DNA of 64,000 nucleotides from an uncultured Trueperaceae bacterium (GCA_963727505.1 CAVSGP010000015.1:32001-96000), one strand, 5' to 3'; shown: positions 20,253 to 30,528, counted from the first letter of the stretch. Numbers and translations: made by a program. The notes: generated by a model from the letters alone, not told the origin.

Positions 20253-22277
20253 ATGGCTGACAAGCGGACCCCCGATCAGACCGGTCTCGACGTGCTGTGG
20301 CGAGAGGAGGACTACTTCCACCCCTCTGCCAAGTTCATCGGGCAGGCGAACCTCACCGACCCGTCGATCTTCGACCGCTTCGCGCTCGAGAACATCCCCG
20401 AGGCGTTCCGCGAGTACGCCGACCTCCTCAGCTGGGACAAGTACTGGACCCAGACCATCGATACCAGCGATCCGCCCTTCTGGAAGTGGTTCGTCGGAGG
20501 GCGTCTGAACGCGGCGTACAACTGCGTCGACCGCCATCTCGAGAGCAGCCGCAACAAGACGGCCATCCATTTCGTGGCCGAGCCCGAAGAAGAAGCCATC
20601 CAGCACATCACCTACCAGGAGCTGTGGGTGCGCGTCAACGAGTTCGCAGCCCTGCTCAAGGACATGGGGCTGAAGGCCGGCGACCGCGTCACCATCCACA
20701 TGCCGATGGTCCCCGAGCTGCCCATCACCATGCTGGCGTGCGCACGACTGGGCGTCATCCACTCGGTGGTGTTCGGCGGCTTCAGCGGCAAGGCCGCGGC
20801 CGAGCGCGCCGAGGACTCGCAGAGCCGGCTCCTCATCAGCATGGACAGCTACTGGCGCGCCGGCAAGCTCCTCGACCACAAGGAGAAGGCCGACATCGCC
20901 TACGACGAGGCCGAGAAGCTGGGGCACAAGCTCGAGGCGGTGCTGGTCTGGCAGCGCTACCCGGGCAAGTACTCGAGCCCCACGGCCCTGGTGAAGGGCC
21001 GCGACGTGGTCGTCAACGAGCGCCTGGAGGCGCTGAAGGGCAAGCGCGTCAAGGCGGTCTCCATGCCGGCCGAAGCGCCGCTGTTCCTGATGTACACCAG
21101 CGGCACCACCGGGCGCCCCAAGGGCATGCAGCACTCCATCGGCGGCTACCTCTCCTACGTCACCGGCACCTCCAAGTTCATCCAGGACATCCAGCCCGAA
21201 GACGTCTACTGGTGCATGGCCGACATCGGCTGGATCACCGGTCACTCCTACATCGTCTACGGGCCGCTGTCCCTGGGCGCCTCCTCGGTGATGTACGAGG
21301 GCGCGCCGACCTTCCCCGACCCCGGCCGCCCCTGGCGCATCGCTCAGGAGCTCGGCGTCACCATCTTCCACACCTCCCCCACCGCGGTGCGCTCGCTGCG
21401 CAAGGTGGGGCCCGACGAGCCCGCCAAGTACGAGTTCCACTTCAAGCACATGACCACCGTGGGCGAACCGATCGAGCCCGAGGTGTGGCGCTGGTACTAC
21501 GACACCGTCGGCAAGAAGGAAGCCGTCATCGTCGACACCTGGTGGCAGACCGAGACGGGCGGATTCCTGTGCAGCACCACGCCCGCGCTGCACAAGATGA
21601 AGCCCGGCAGCGCCGGCCCGGCCGTCGCCGGCATCCACCCGATCGTCTACGACGACGACGGCAACGTGGTGCCGATGGGCTCCGGCCGCGCCGGGAACAT
21701 CTGCATCCAGAACCCCTGGCCGGGCCTGGCGCAGACCATCTGGGGACAGCCCGAGCGCTTCGTGGAGACCTACTTCGCGCGCTACTGCAAGGACCGCAGC
21801 AGCACCGACTGGCGCGACTGGCCGTACATGGCCGGCGACGCCGCCATGCAGTCCGCGGACGGCTACTACCGCATCCTGGGCCGCATCGACGACGTCATCA
21901 ACGTGGCCGGGCACCGCCTCGGCACCAAGGAGATCGAGTCCGCTGCGCTGACCGTCAAGGAGGTCGCCGAAGCCGCCGTGGTGGCGGCCAAGGACGAGAT
22001 CAAGGGCGTGGTGCCCGAGCTCTACGTCTCGCTCCAGCCCGGCTACGAGCCCTCGAAGGCGTTGCAGGACAAGATCATCCAGGCGGTCGCGACCGAGCTC
22101 GGCCCGATCGCCAAGCCCCGGAAGGTCTGGATCGTGTCCGATATGCCGAAGACCCGTTCGGGCAAGATCATGCGCCGCGTGCTGCGTTCGCTGAGCGATC
22201 ACGGCGAAGCGGGCGACGTCACTACTCTGGCCAATCCCGAGGTCGTCGAGGCGATCCGCACCCAGGTGAAAGAGTGA
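20253..22277 (+). CDS. acs: Acetate--CoA ligase (AMP-forming acetyl-CoA synthetase)
   Basis: YTSGTTGRPKG, ADIGWITGHSY, DTWWQTETGG, GRIDDVINVAGHRLG, PKTRSGKIMRR; SD GGGAGG. Confidence 0.96.
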   Translation: MADKRTPDQTGLDVLWREEDYFHPSAKFIGQANLTDPSIFDRFALENIPEAFREYADLLSWDKYWTQTIDTSDPPFWKWFVGGRLNAAYNCVDRHLESSRNKTAIHFVAEPEEEAIQHITYQELWVRVNEFAALLKDMGLKAGDRVTIHMPMVPELPITMLACARLGVIHSVVFGGFSGKAAAERAEDSQSRLLISMDSYWRAGKLLDHKEKADIAYDEAEKLGHKLEAVLVWQRYPGKYSSPTALVKGRDVVVNERLEALKGKRVKAVSMPAEAPLFLMYTSGTTGRPKGMQHSIGGYLSYVTGTSKFIQDIQPEDVYWCMADIGWITGHSYIVYGPLSLGASSVMYEGAPTFPDPGRPWRIAQELGVTIFHTSPTAVRSLRKVGPDEPAKYEFHFKHMTTVGEPIEPEVWRWYYDTVGKKEAVIVDTWWQTETGGFLCSTTPALHKMKPGSAGPAVAGIHPIVYDDDGNVVPMGSGRAGNICIQNPWPGLAQTIWGQPERFVETYFARYCKDRSSTDWRDWPYMAGDAAMQSADGYYRILGRIDDVINVAGHRLGTKEIESAALTVKEVAEAAVVAAKDEIKGVVPELYVSLQPGYEPSKALQDKIIQAVATELGPIAKPRKVWIVSDMPKTRSGKIMRRVLRSLSDHGEAGDVTTLANPEVVEAIRTQVKE

Positions 22278-22364
22278 CCGGTGCAACCGTGACGCTAGAG
22301 CGAAGGCCTCGGTGATGGGGGCGACCGCCGTGCCCAGCGGAGGCGCCGTAAGGAGGCGGATCGG

Positions 22365-22946
22365 ATGAACGCAAAGCTCGCCAACCCTGCACCGCTAGGC
22401 CTTGCAGGCTTCGCATTCACCACCTGGATGCTCAGCATGATCAACGTCGGCTGGTTCGACGCCAAGAGCATGGGACTGGTGATCGCCCTGGCGCTGGCCT
22501 ACGGCGGCACGGCACAGATGGTCGCCGGCGTCCTGGAATTCCCGCGCGGCAACACCTTCGGCACCGTGGCGTTCTTCTCCTACGGCTCGTTCTGGTGGTC
22601 GTTCGCCCTGTTCGTGTTCTTCTTCGGGACCGGCGTTTCGGGAGCCTTCGTCGGCTGGTACCTCTTCGTGTGGGGCGTCTTCACCTTCTACATGTGGATC
22701 GCGAGCATGAAGGCCAATACCGCGCTGATGCTGGTGTTCCTGGCGCTGTGGATCACCTTCCTGTTCCTGGCGCTGGGCGAGTGGGGCCTCACCGCCTTCC
22801 ACACCATCGGCGGCTACGTGGGCCTGATCACCGCCGTGCTGGCGTTCTACCTGTCCGCGGCAGAAGTCATCAACGAGTCCTACGGCCGCACCGTGCTGCC
22901 CATCTCGGGCGGCGCGTCCGCGCAGAAGGCGGCGGCCGGGGACTGA
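22365..22946 (+). CDS. satP: Acetate uptake transporter, GPR1/FUN34/YaaH (SatP) family
   Basis: LANPAPLGLAGF, YGG.AQ, GNTFG..AF.SYG.FW; directly downstream of acs. Confidence 0.92.
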   Translation: MNAKLANPAPLGLAGFAFTTWMLSMINVGWFDAKSMGLVIALALAYGGTAQMVAGVLEFPRGNTFGTVAFFSYGSFWWSFALFVFFFGTGVSGAFVGWYLFVWGVFTFYMWIASMKANTALMLVFLALWITFLFLALGEWGLTAFHTIGGYVGLITAVLAFYLSAAEVINESYGRTVLPISGGASAQKAAAGD

Positions 22947-22963
22947 ACCTTCGGGACGACCCG

Positions 22964-22995
22964 CGTTGCGCGCCGCCGGTCGGCGGCGCGCAACG
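22964..22995. terminator. GC-rich hairpin between convergent satP and glycosidase genes
   Basis: CGTTGCGCGCCGCCG-GT-CGGCGGCGCGCAACG perfect inverted repeat; no clear U-tract. Confidence 0.6.
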
Positions 22996-23117
22996 GTGAG
23001 CCGACCGGGAGCGCGCGGGGGCGCGCTCCCGGTCTGGTGTTGTCGGCCCTCGGCGGCGGGCGTCATCACGCGAGCGCCACCACGCAGGCGCCACCACGCG
23101 GGCACGAGAGCCGGCGT

Positions 23118-24596
23118 CTAGCGCTCGCCGACCTCCTCGAAGGCAACGCGCCGACCGTCCACCCGGAAGACGTTCCCCTCGATGCGCTCGATCCGTGGCT
23201 CGCCGACGAGCCACGCCGCCAACGCCTTGCGCTCGTCGGGGTCCAGCCAGGCCGGCGGGTCGGAGCAACCCTTGAAGCCCGCCACCAGGCCCAGATCCTG
23301 GAGGGCGCCTCGCTGCTCCGGCGTGAGCAGGTCGTAGCGCGAGCGGAAGAACGCCACGTCGGGGTCGGTATGCACCAGCGGACGCAGCCACAGCCGCGCG
23401 ACGCTGGTACGGATCGCGCCGCGCGCCGCAGGCCCCGTCGGGTCGTGGAGCAGCAGCCGGCGGTCCTCGTTGTCCCAGTACGGCGCCGTGTCCGGGCCGA
23501 CGCGAAGTCCGTCGGCCAGGCCGAGCGAGGCCAGCACCGGAGCCCCGCAGGCCAGCAGGTAGGCGTCCTCGCCGCAGGCCGCGCGCACCAGCGCCAGCGC
23601 CTCGCGGTAGGCCCGCTCGCGCCCCATCGGCCGGTGGCGCACGCCGGGCAGGGCGGCGGCGTACAGGAAGTCCAGCTTGAGCAGATCGAAGCCCCAGCCG
23701 CGGGCCCGCCGCACGGTCGCCTCGAGCCACACCCGCACCTCGGGATGCGTGGTGTCGAGGGCGTGGAAGGGCCCACCCCAGTTCACGCCCGCCGGCACCG
23801 GCTCGCCGGAAGCGTCGCGCAGCAACCAAGACGGATGGTCGCGGTGGAGGCGGCTGCCCGGGCGCGCGATGAACGGCGCCAGCCACAGCCCGGGCGTGAC
23901 ACCGGCGGCGCGGATGCGCGTCGCCAGGCTCTCCATGCCGGAGCCGAAGGCGTCGTTGGGCTCCCAGTCGCCGATGGCCCGCTGCCAGCCGTCGTCGATC
24001 TGGAAGGCGTCGAAGGCCAGCTCCCCCAGTCCGTCGAGGACCTCGAGCAGGGCGTCTTCAGAGATGTCGCGGTAGAAGCCGTACCAGCTCGACCACAGGC
24101 GCGGCGCGGCGGAGGCGCCGCGGCGCCCGAAGCGCTCGGCGAGCCGCTCGGCGTAGGCGCCGAACACCTCCGCCTCCGTTCCGAAGGCCACGAACCAGTC
24201 CCCCGGGCCCTGCTCGTAGCCACCCTCGATCCCGCGTGCGTCGGCCTCGACGCGAGCTTCCAGCTCGAGCGCGCCGAGCAGCAGCACGCCGTCGGCCGTG
24301 GCGAGGGCGCCCACCCCGCTGCCGCCGTGGCGGATGGCCTCGGCGTAGCGCGGGTCCTCCCCTTGCGGGCGGCGCGAGGGAGGCTCGATGGCGCGTACCG
24401 GCTCGGTGAGCTCGAGCCAGCGCGCCTCGCTCCAGCTCTGCCAGCCGTGCCGGTAGAAGCGCGTGGCGCCGCCGCCGGCCAGGGCGATCCGCTCGGCGCG
24501 GACCCGGAAGCCTCCCGTCACCGGCTCGGCGCCGGACGGCAGCTCGGCCGGGCCGAGCCTCACGGGCGCTTCCTCATCGGGGTCGCTCACCGGCAT
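23118..24596 (-). CDS. Glycoside hydrolase family 36 (alpha-galactosidase-like)
   Basis: HGWQSWS, WSSWY, FQIDDGWQ, GLWLAPF, LKLDFLY, LRVGPD. Confidence 0.9.
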   Translation of the reverse strand: MPVSDPDEEAPVRLGPAELPSGAEPVTGGFRVRAERIALAGGGATRFYRHGWQSWSEARWLELTEPVRAIEPPSRRPQGEDPRYAEAIRHGGSGVGALATADGVLLLGALELEARVEADARGIEGGYEQGPGDWFVAFGTEAEVFGAYAERLAERFGRRGASAAPRLWSSWYGFYRDISEDALLEVLDGLGELAFDAFQIDDGWQRAIGDWEPNDAFGSGMESLATRIRAAGVTPGLWLAPFIARPGSRLHRDHPSWLLRDASGEPVPAGVNWGGPFHALDTTHPEVRVWLEATVRRARGWGFDLLKLDFLYAAALPGVRHRPMGRERAYREALALVRAACGEDAYLLACGAPVLASLGLADGLRVGPDTAPYWDNEDRRLLLHDPTGPAARGAIRTSVARLWLRPLVHTDPDVAFFRSRYDLLTPEQRGALQDLGLVAGFKGCSDPPAWLDPDERKALAAWLVGEPRIERIEGNVFRVDGRRVAFEEVGER

Positions 24597-24635
24597 CGCT
24601 CACCGGCATCGCTCACCGGCATCGCTCATCGGCAT
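24584..24635 (+). repeat. 13-nt tandem repeat CGCTCACCGGCAT x4 over the start of the GH36 gene
   Basis: Copies at 24584, 24597, 24610 and 24623 (last has one mismatch). Confidence 0.9.
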
Positions 24636-25130
24636 CGGGGTGTGCACGACCCCAGTCTACGGAGTGCCGCAGCAGGAACACAGCAGGGGCGCAGCAGGAA
24701 CACAGCAGGGCCGCAGCAGGGCCGACCAAACAGGGCCGAAGGAACAGGACCGAACGAACAGGACCGCGAGAACAAGGGGCACCGCGGCCCCGCCCTGCGA
24801 ACCCGCCCCGCGAACCCGCCCCGCGAACCCGCCCTGCGAACCGGGCCGCCGAAGCCTTGTTAAGGACCTAACCGCACCCCCTGTCTCGATGGGGTACCTT
24901 GCTCGCTGCCTCCCTCTGCGGAGGCCCCCAATCGATGGCCGCGGCGGCAAGAGAGCCCCGCACCATCACCCACGCCCCCTTCCGAGGGGTCTGGAGCGCG
25001 CAGCGGCCCCCCACGCTGCGCGCTCCGTTTTCGGGTCCCTCGGGCCCGGGGCCTGCCCGGGGCCTGCCCGGGGCGGCGAACGCCGGCGCCGCGGCCGCCT
25101 GGGCCCCGCGCCGCGCGATAGACTGGCTCC

Positions 25131-27209
25131 ATGGAAGCTGGGGCGGAGAAGCGGGAGGCGGACGCCGCCGACCGTACCCAAGCGTCCCCTTCACCTCCGA
25201 GCGCAGGCGCACCCGCCATCATCAACCTCAAGCGACAGTTGTACCTGTTCCTGCTGCCGGCGCTCGCGGTCGTGACGCTGGTCACCGGGCTGCTCGGCGC
25301 GCCTGGCTCCTACGATCGCCTCGTCCTGCCCATGCTCAGCGTCGTCCTTCTGGTGACGTTGCTGTTGGTGTCGTTCCGATGGGTCCAGCCGCGTCACTTG
25401 GAAGCAGCCCTCTTCAGCGTGTTCGCGGTGACCTACCTGAGCAAGCTGGGGGCCAGCCTCGCCGCCGGCACCACCGACCAGATCTTCGTGTGGACGCCCC
25501 TGCTGTACGCGCTGGCGTTCCTGCTGTTCGAGCCGTTGCCGGCGCTGCTCACCTCGGCGGGCGTGCTCACCGCATCGCTCGTTGTGACGGTGGCCGTGGC
25601 ACATCTCGCGCCGATCCCGGTGCGCAGCTTGTTCGAGTTCTACCTCGCGAACGTCCTACTCGTCCAGATCATCTACGGCATGGCCCGGCTGCGGAGCAAC
25701 GTCGCGTCCCTGCAGCGCGAGCTCCTGGACATGCAGCTGCTCGCCCATCAGGACATCCTGACGCGGCTCCCCAACCGCCGCGCGCTGCAGGACACCCTCG
25801 CCCAGGCGATCGCGTTGGCCGAACGCCGAATGCAGGGCGTGGCCGTCATCCTCTTCGACCTCGACGACTTCAAACGCGTCAACGACGAGCACGGCCACGA
25901 CGCCGGAGACCGCATCCTTCGCGATGTGGCGACCCGGGGCGAGAGCGTCCTGCGGCGCCCCGACACCCTGGGGCGCTGGGGCGGAGAGGAGTTCCTGGTC
26001 ATCGCGCCGGGGATCGACCTGCCCGGGGCCATGCGGGTGGCGGAGCGCCTGCGGGCGGCCCTCGGCTCCCACCCGTTCGGCGGCGTCGGAGCGGTGACGG
26101 CGAGCTACGGGGTGACGACCTACCACCCGGGCGACACCGCAGAGACGCTCCTGAAGCGCGCCGACGACGCGCTCTACCTCGCCAAGCAGAGCGGCAAGGA
26201 CCGGGTCGAGGCGCTGGTGCGCGAGAGGGTCCAGCACGTGGTGCTGCCCGTCCTCGCCCGTCCCTTCCCGCCATTGGAGCGCGACACCGACCAGCTCCAG
26301 CGCGACACCCTGACGTGGCTGAAGGACTTCGAGGTGGCCCCCTCCGAGACGCTCTACCGCTGGGTGGCGGCGGTGCAGCCCGGTTGGCTCGCCGGTCACA
26401 TGCAGCGCAGCAACGACGCCACCCGGCTGCAGATCGTGTCGGACTGGACGTTCTGGATGTTCCTGCACGACGACCACTGCGACACCAGCGCCGCCGGACG
26501 CCATCCCCGCTACCTGATCGACCTGCACCAACGCCTGCTCGGGGTTCTGGCCGGCGACGCGGCCGAGCCGCAGGACGGCGCCCTGGCGACGCTGCTGGCG
26601 GACCTGCGCGATCGCCTGGCGGTCGCCGGCGGCGACGACGCCGTCCCGCGCTTCGCCGACGCCACCGATCGCTACTTCGCGGCCACCCGCTGGGAGGCGG
26701 CCAACCGCGCGAGCAACACCACGCCCGACCTGGAGACCTACGAGCGCATGCGCCTGCTGACCAGCGGCCTGCCCGTGCACACGGTCCTGCTGGAGACCCT
26801 CGACGACGTGCCGGTGTCCGACCAACCGCTGGCGAAGGCTCTCTATGCAGCGGCCGATCGCGCCGTGTGCTGGGCGAACGACATCTACTCGCTGAACAAG
26901 GAGGTCCAGGAGGAGGACGTCCACAACCTGGTGGTCGCCCTGCAGGCGAGCCACCACCTGGGCCTCGACGACGCCCTCGAGCGCGCCGCCCGCATGCACG
27001 ACGAGCAGGTCGCGCGCTACCAGCAGCTCCGCGCCACGGTCGACGAGCAGGAAGGCCCGGAGCGCGAGGCCCTGGAAACCATCGCGCAGGCGCTGGAGGC
27101 GCGCATGGGCGCCAACGTGGCCTGGTCCGAGCGCTGCAGCCGCTACCGGGCCGCCGTCACCGTGCGGGTGGAGCCGGAGACCGAGGCGGTTCCCAAGGCT
27201 TCCGACTGA
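25131..27209 (+). CDS. Membrane-anchored diguanylate cyclase (GGDEF) fused to a class I terpene synthase domain
   Basis: About 5-6 N-terminal TM helices; DILTRLPNRR, FDLDDFKRVND, RRPD-x5-GGEEF (25980-25994), RADDALYLAK; then DDHCD (26469-26483), YERMRLLTSG, NDIYSLNKE (26877-26903), WSERCSRY (27123-27146). Confidence 0.9.
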   Translation: MEAGAEKREADAADRTQASPSPPSAGAPAIINLKRQLYLFLLPALAVVTLVTGLLGAPGSYDRLVLPMLSVVLLVTLLLVSFRWVQPRHLEAALFSVFAVTYLSKLGASLAAGTTDQIFVWTPLLYALAFLLFEPLPALLTSAGVLTASLVVTVAVAHLAPIPVRSLFEFYLANVLLVQIIYGMARLRSNVASLQRELLDMQLLAHQDILTRLPNRRALQDTLAQAIALAERRMQGVAVILFDLDDFKRVNDEHGHDAGDRILRDVATRGESVLRRPDTLGRWGGEEFLVIAPGIDLPGAMRVAERLRAALGSHPFGGVGAVTASYGVTTYHPGDTAETLLKRADDALYLAKQSGKDRVEALVRERVQHVVLPVLARPFPPLERDTDQLQRDTLTWLKDFEVAPSETLYRWVAAVQPGWLAGHMQRSNDATRLQIVSDWTFWMFLHDDHCDTSAAGRHPRYLIDLHQRLLGVLAGDAAEPQDGALATLLADLRDRLAVAGGDDAVPRFADATDRYFAATRWEAANRASNTTPDLETYERMRLLTSGLPVHTVLLETLDDVPVSDQPLAKALYAAADRAVCWANDIYSLNKEVQEEDVHNLVVALQASHHLGLDDALERAARMHDEQVARYQQLRATVDEQEGPEREALETIAQALEARMGANVAWSERCSRYRAAVTVRVEPETEAVPKASD

Positions 27210-27378
27210 GCAACCCCGCCGGAGCAACACGGCGCGACGGCCACTGCCCCGGGGACCCCTGCCCGATCCTGCCCGAGTCCCTCCCGCCGAGCCTCACCCG
27301 CCCCGAGCCTCACCCGCCTGAGCGCCCCGCGCGGGTCGCCCCCCGATCCAGACGAGGCACGCAACCGAACGAAGGCAA

Positions 27379-27413
27379 CGGAAGGGGGGCGCCCATCGGG
27401 CGCCCCCCTTCCG
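27379..27413. terminator. Probable bidirectional terminator hairpin between convergent genes
   Basis: CGGAAGGGGGGCGCCC-ATC-GGGCGCCCCCCTTCCG, perfect 16-bp stem. Confidence 0.75.
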
Positions 27414-27459
27414 CCCCCCGTAGCTTCCGGGGGCCGATCTGACGTTGCTCAGGCGTTCG

Positions 27460-28959
27460 CTACTGCGTCACCTTGAAGGCGAAGCGGAAGTGGAACTTGT
27501 GGGGGTGATCCTGCCAGGTGAGCACGGCCTGGCGGTACAGGAAGGGCTGCTCCTCGACCGCGCTGTAGTCCTTGTTTCGGTAGAACGACGGGTACAGGTC
27601 GATGTAGTGCCAGCCGGGCGCCCAGCTCGCAGTGACGGGCACGACCACATCGCCGTTGGTACTGAAACCGCAGCCATATCCCAGGTAAGTGTTGTCGATG
27701 ACGACGGCGAAGATGTTGGTGGTCTGGGTCCATCCCAGGCCCTTGACGTGGATCGTGATCTTGGTGCCGACCGGCCCTTCGGACGGCTGCAGCGGGAGCG
27801 CGACGACGCCGATGTCGAAGTGCGTGCTGGCCACGACCTTGTCACCGACCATGGCCTGGAGCCGGTGCTCGCCGCCGAGGGCGTCGGGGTACTGGAAGGG
27901 GAGGTCGAAGGCGCCGCTGGCGTCCGTCTTCACCGTCTTCACGGGCACGGTGGCCGCCGAGTAGAGCGACTCCGTCACGCGCGACCCACTCATGGTGGAG
28001 AAGGCGAGCGCTACGTCGCTGTTGGCAGGGAGGTCGCGACCGTGGATCTGCGCGTCGGCGAAGACACCGGCATGCTTGGGGTCGACCCACAGCTTCGGCC
28101 CGCTCGTGCTGGGCTCAGCACCGGCGATCGGCGCCTGGCTCTGCTGCTCGATCGGCTTGGGCATCACGGGCGCGCCGTCGGTGACCGTGAACATGAACTG
28201 CGGCTCGGGCAGGAAGCCGTACGGCGAGGAGGCGAGCGCCAGGTAGGGCGCGTCGAAGGGCGAGTTGCGAAGCTCGACGAGGTGCTTGCCGACCCTTCCC
28301 GTGGCCGGGATCACGAAGTTGGCCGTGCCGTGCGTCTCGACGGCGGTGATGAAACCCGTGATGGCGTTGTCGTAGGTGAGGGCGTACCAGCCAGCGATGT
28401 TGTTGATCGAGTCGATGCCGGTAACGGTCATGTGGATGTCCGTACCGACGGGTCCACTGTCCGGCGACATGGTGGTGTGCATCTGCACGTAGTAGCCGGC
28501 CTTGTTGACGTTGTCGCCGTTCTCCTGCACGTAGATGTCGTGGTTGCCCCCGAAGCCCTCGGGAACGGTGAAGGGAGCTGAGAAGCTACCGTCGGAGCCG
28601 ACCGTCACCGTCGCGAGCGGGACGCTCCGCTGCTCGAACTGGCGTCCCAGGAAGTTGCCGGTGTAGTCGCCGTCCTTCATCTCGAGCTTCCACTGGCCAT
28701 CGAAGGCAGCCCATACGACGTTCAGGCTGGCGCCGGACTCGAAGCCCGAGCCCGTCAGCGTCGCCTGCGATCCGACGATGCCCTTGGCGGGGGTCACCTG
28801 GACCTCACCCTTGAGGCCGTTGGGGAAGGTGGCCTGGCTGGTGGCCGCGTTGCCCTGGGCGAAGGCTGCCGCCAGGATCGTCGCGATGGCCAGTAGCAAT
28901 ACCGCACGTCCGGCCGTATCGAGGGCGTTTCTCAGGGGCTTGCGAAGGTTCCGTACCAT
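27460..28959 (-). CDS. Exported beta-rich protein with repeated Ig/IPT-like modules and a GYGCGF Cys motif
   Basis: Signal peptide (...AAAFA|QG); repeated P..GPVGT.I...V.G and T.....G.F...F..P...GG.H units; ATG 28959 after GGAG. Confidence 0.75.
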   Translation of the reverse strand: MVRNLRKPLRNALDTAGRAVLLLAIATILAAAFAQGNAATSQATFPNGLKGEVQVTPAKGIVGSQATLTGSGFESGASLNVVWAAFDGQWKLEMKDGDYTGNFLGRQFEQRSVPLATVTVGSDGSFSAPFTVPEGFGGNHDIYVQENGDNVNKAGYYVQMHTTMSPDSGPVGTDIHMTVTGIDSINNIAGWYALTYDNAITGFITAVETHGTANFVIPATGRVGKHLVELRNSPFDAPYLALASSPYGFLPEPQFMFTVTDGAPVMPKPIEQQSQAPIAGAEPSTSGPKLWVDPKHAGVFADAQIHGRDLPANSDVALAFSTMSGSRVTESLYSAATVPVKTVKTDASGAFDLPFQYPDALGGEHRLQAMVGDKVVASTHFDIGVVALPLQPSEGPVGTKITIHVKGLGWTQTTNIFAVVIDNTYLGYGCGFSTNGDVVVPVTASWAPGWHYIDLYPSFYRNKDYSAVEEQPFLYRQAVLTWQDHPHKFHFRFAFKVTQ

Positions 28960-29002
28960 ACTGCGCTCCATTCTTTCAGTCGGGCCAGCGGCCCGCAGGG
29001 CG

Positions 29003-30528
29003 TCACTCCGTGACCGTGAAGACGTAGCGGAAGTGGAAGGGTGTTGGGGTGGTCGTGCCAGGTGAGCGTGGCCTGGCGGTAGAGGAAGGGCTGCTCGTCG
29101 GCCGCCCCGTAGTCGTTGTTGCGGTAGAAGGACGGGTAGAGGTCGATGAAGTGCGGGCCCGGCGCCCAGCTGGCAGCGATCGGGCACGATCACATCGCCG
29201 TTGGTGCTGAAGCCGCAGGCGTAGCCGTAGAAGGTGTTGTCGATCACCACGCGCGAAGATGTTGTTGGTCTGGGTCCAGCCGATACCCTTGACGTGGAGC
29301 GTGGATGGCGGTACCGACCGGCCCCTCGGCCGGCTCGAGCGGCAGCCCGACCGCCTGGATGGTGAAGTGCGCGGTCGCAACGACTGGTCGCTGTTCACCT
29401 TGGCCTCGAGCCGGTGCTGGCCACCGAGCGCGTCGGGGATCGGGAAGGGCGTGTCGAAGGCGCCCTCGGCGTCGGTGGTGACCGTCTTGAACGGCACCGT
29501 GGTCGCCTGAGTAAACCGGCCGCCGTGACCCGCGAACCGCTCATCTCGGTGTAGGCGAGCGTCCACGCTCGGCGTCGGCGGGCAGGCCGCGGCCGTGTAC
29601 CTGGGCGTCGCCGAAGACGCCGGCCGCCTCGGGATCGACCCACAGCTGGGGGCCGTCACGCGCTGGGCTCGGCGCCGGGCGACCGCCGGCGGCTCCTGCT
29701 GGGCGATGGGCGCGGGCATCACCGGCGCACCGTCGGTCACGGTGAAGATGAACTGTGGCGAGGGCAGCTTGGCGTAGGGGGATGAGGTGAGCGCGAGATA
29801 GGGCTGTCCGAAGGGCGACCTGAGCAGCTCGATGACGTGCTTTCCCACGCGGCCGGTGGCGGGGATGACGACGTCGGCGGTGCCGTGCGTGGTGACGGCG
29901 GTGATGAAGCCGGTGTTGGTGCTGTCGTAGAGTGACGCCATACCAGCCGGAGATGTTGTTGAGGTCGGTCGAGGCCGGTGACGTGTGAGGGTGATGTCGG
30001 AACCGAGCGGGACCGCTCTGGGGCGTCATTGTGGCGTGCATGCGGACGCTAGAAGCCGGACTTGTTGATGTTGGTCGCCGTTCTCGCGCACGTAGATGTC
30101 GTGCGTCCCGCCGAAGCCCTCGGGCACGAGAATGGGTAGCTGAGAAGCTTCCGTCCGAGCCGACCGTCACCGTGGCGAGCGGGACCGAGCGGCTGATGGA
30201 ACTGACGGCCGAGGAAGTTGCCGGTCGTACTCGCCGTCCTTCATCTCCAGCTTCCAGCTGCCGTCGAAGGCGCCCCATACGACGTTCGAAGCTGGCCCCG
30301 GCGTCGAAGCCGGAGCCCTGCAACGTCGCCTGCGATCCGACGAAGCCCTTGGCTGGGGGCCACCTGGAGTTCGCCCTTGAGGCCGTTCGGGAAGGTCAAT
30401 TGGCTGGTGGCAGCACTGCCCTGCGCCGAGGCGCTGGCGAACAACATGCCGACGGCCAGGAAGAGTACCGCTAGCAGGGTGCGGGCACCCATACGGGTTC
30501 CACGAATGCTTGTGTTCACGAGTTCCAT
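29003..30528 (-). pseudogene. Tandem paralog of 27460-28959 broken by many frameshifts (pseudogene or sequencing error)
   Basis: Fragments TFPNGLKGELQV, SVPLATVTVGSDGSFSA, GFITAVTTHGTA..VIPATGRVGKH, PDALGGQHRL, GYACGFSTNGDV, FHFRYVFTVTE are spread across all three minus frames. Confidence 0.85.

Noticed and set aside
28960..29250. N-terminal extension of the 596-aa ORF 27460-29250
   Set aside because: It is a frameshifted piece of the upstream paralog's C-terminus. The real start with SD and signal peptide is near 28959.
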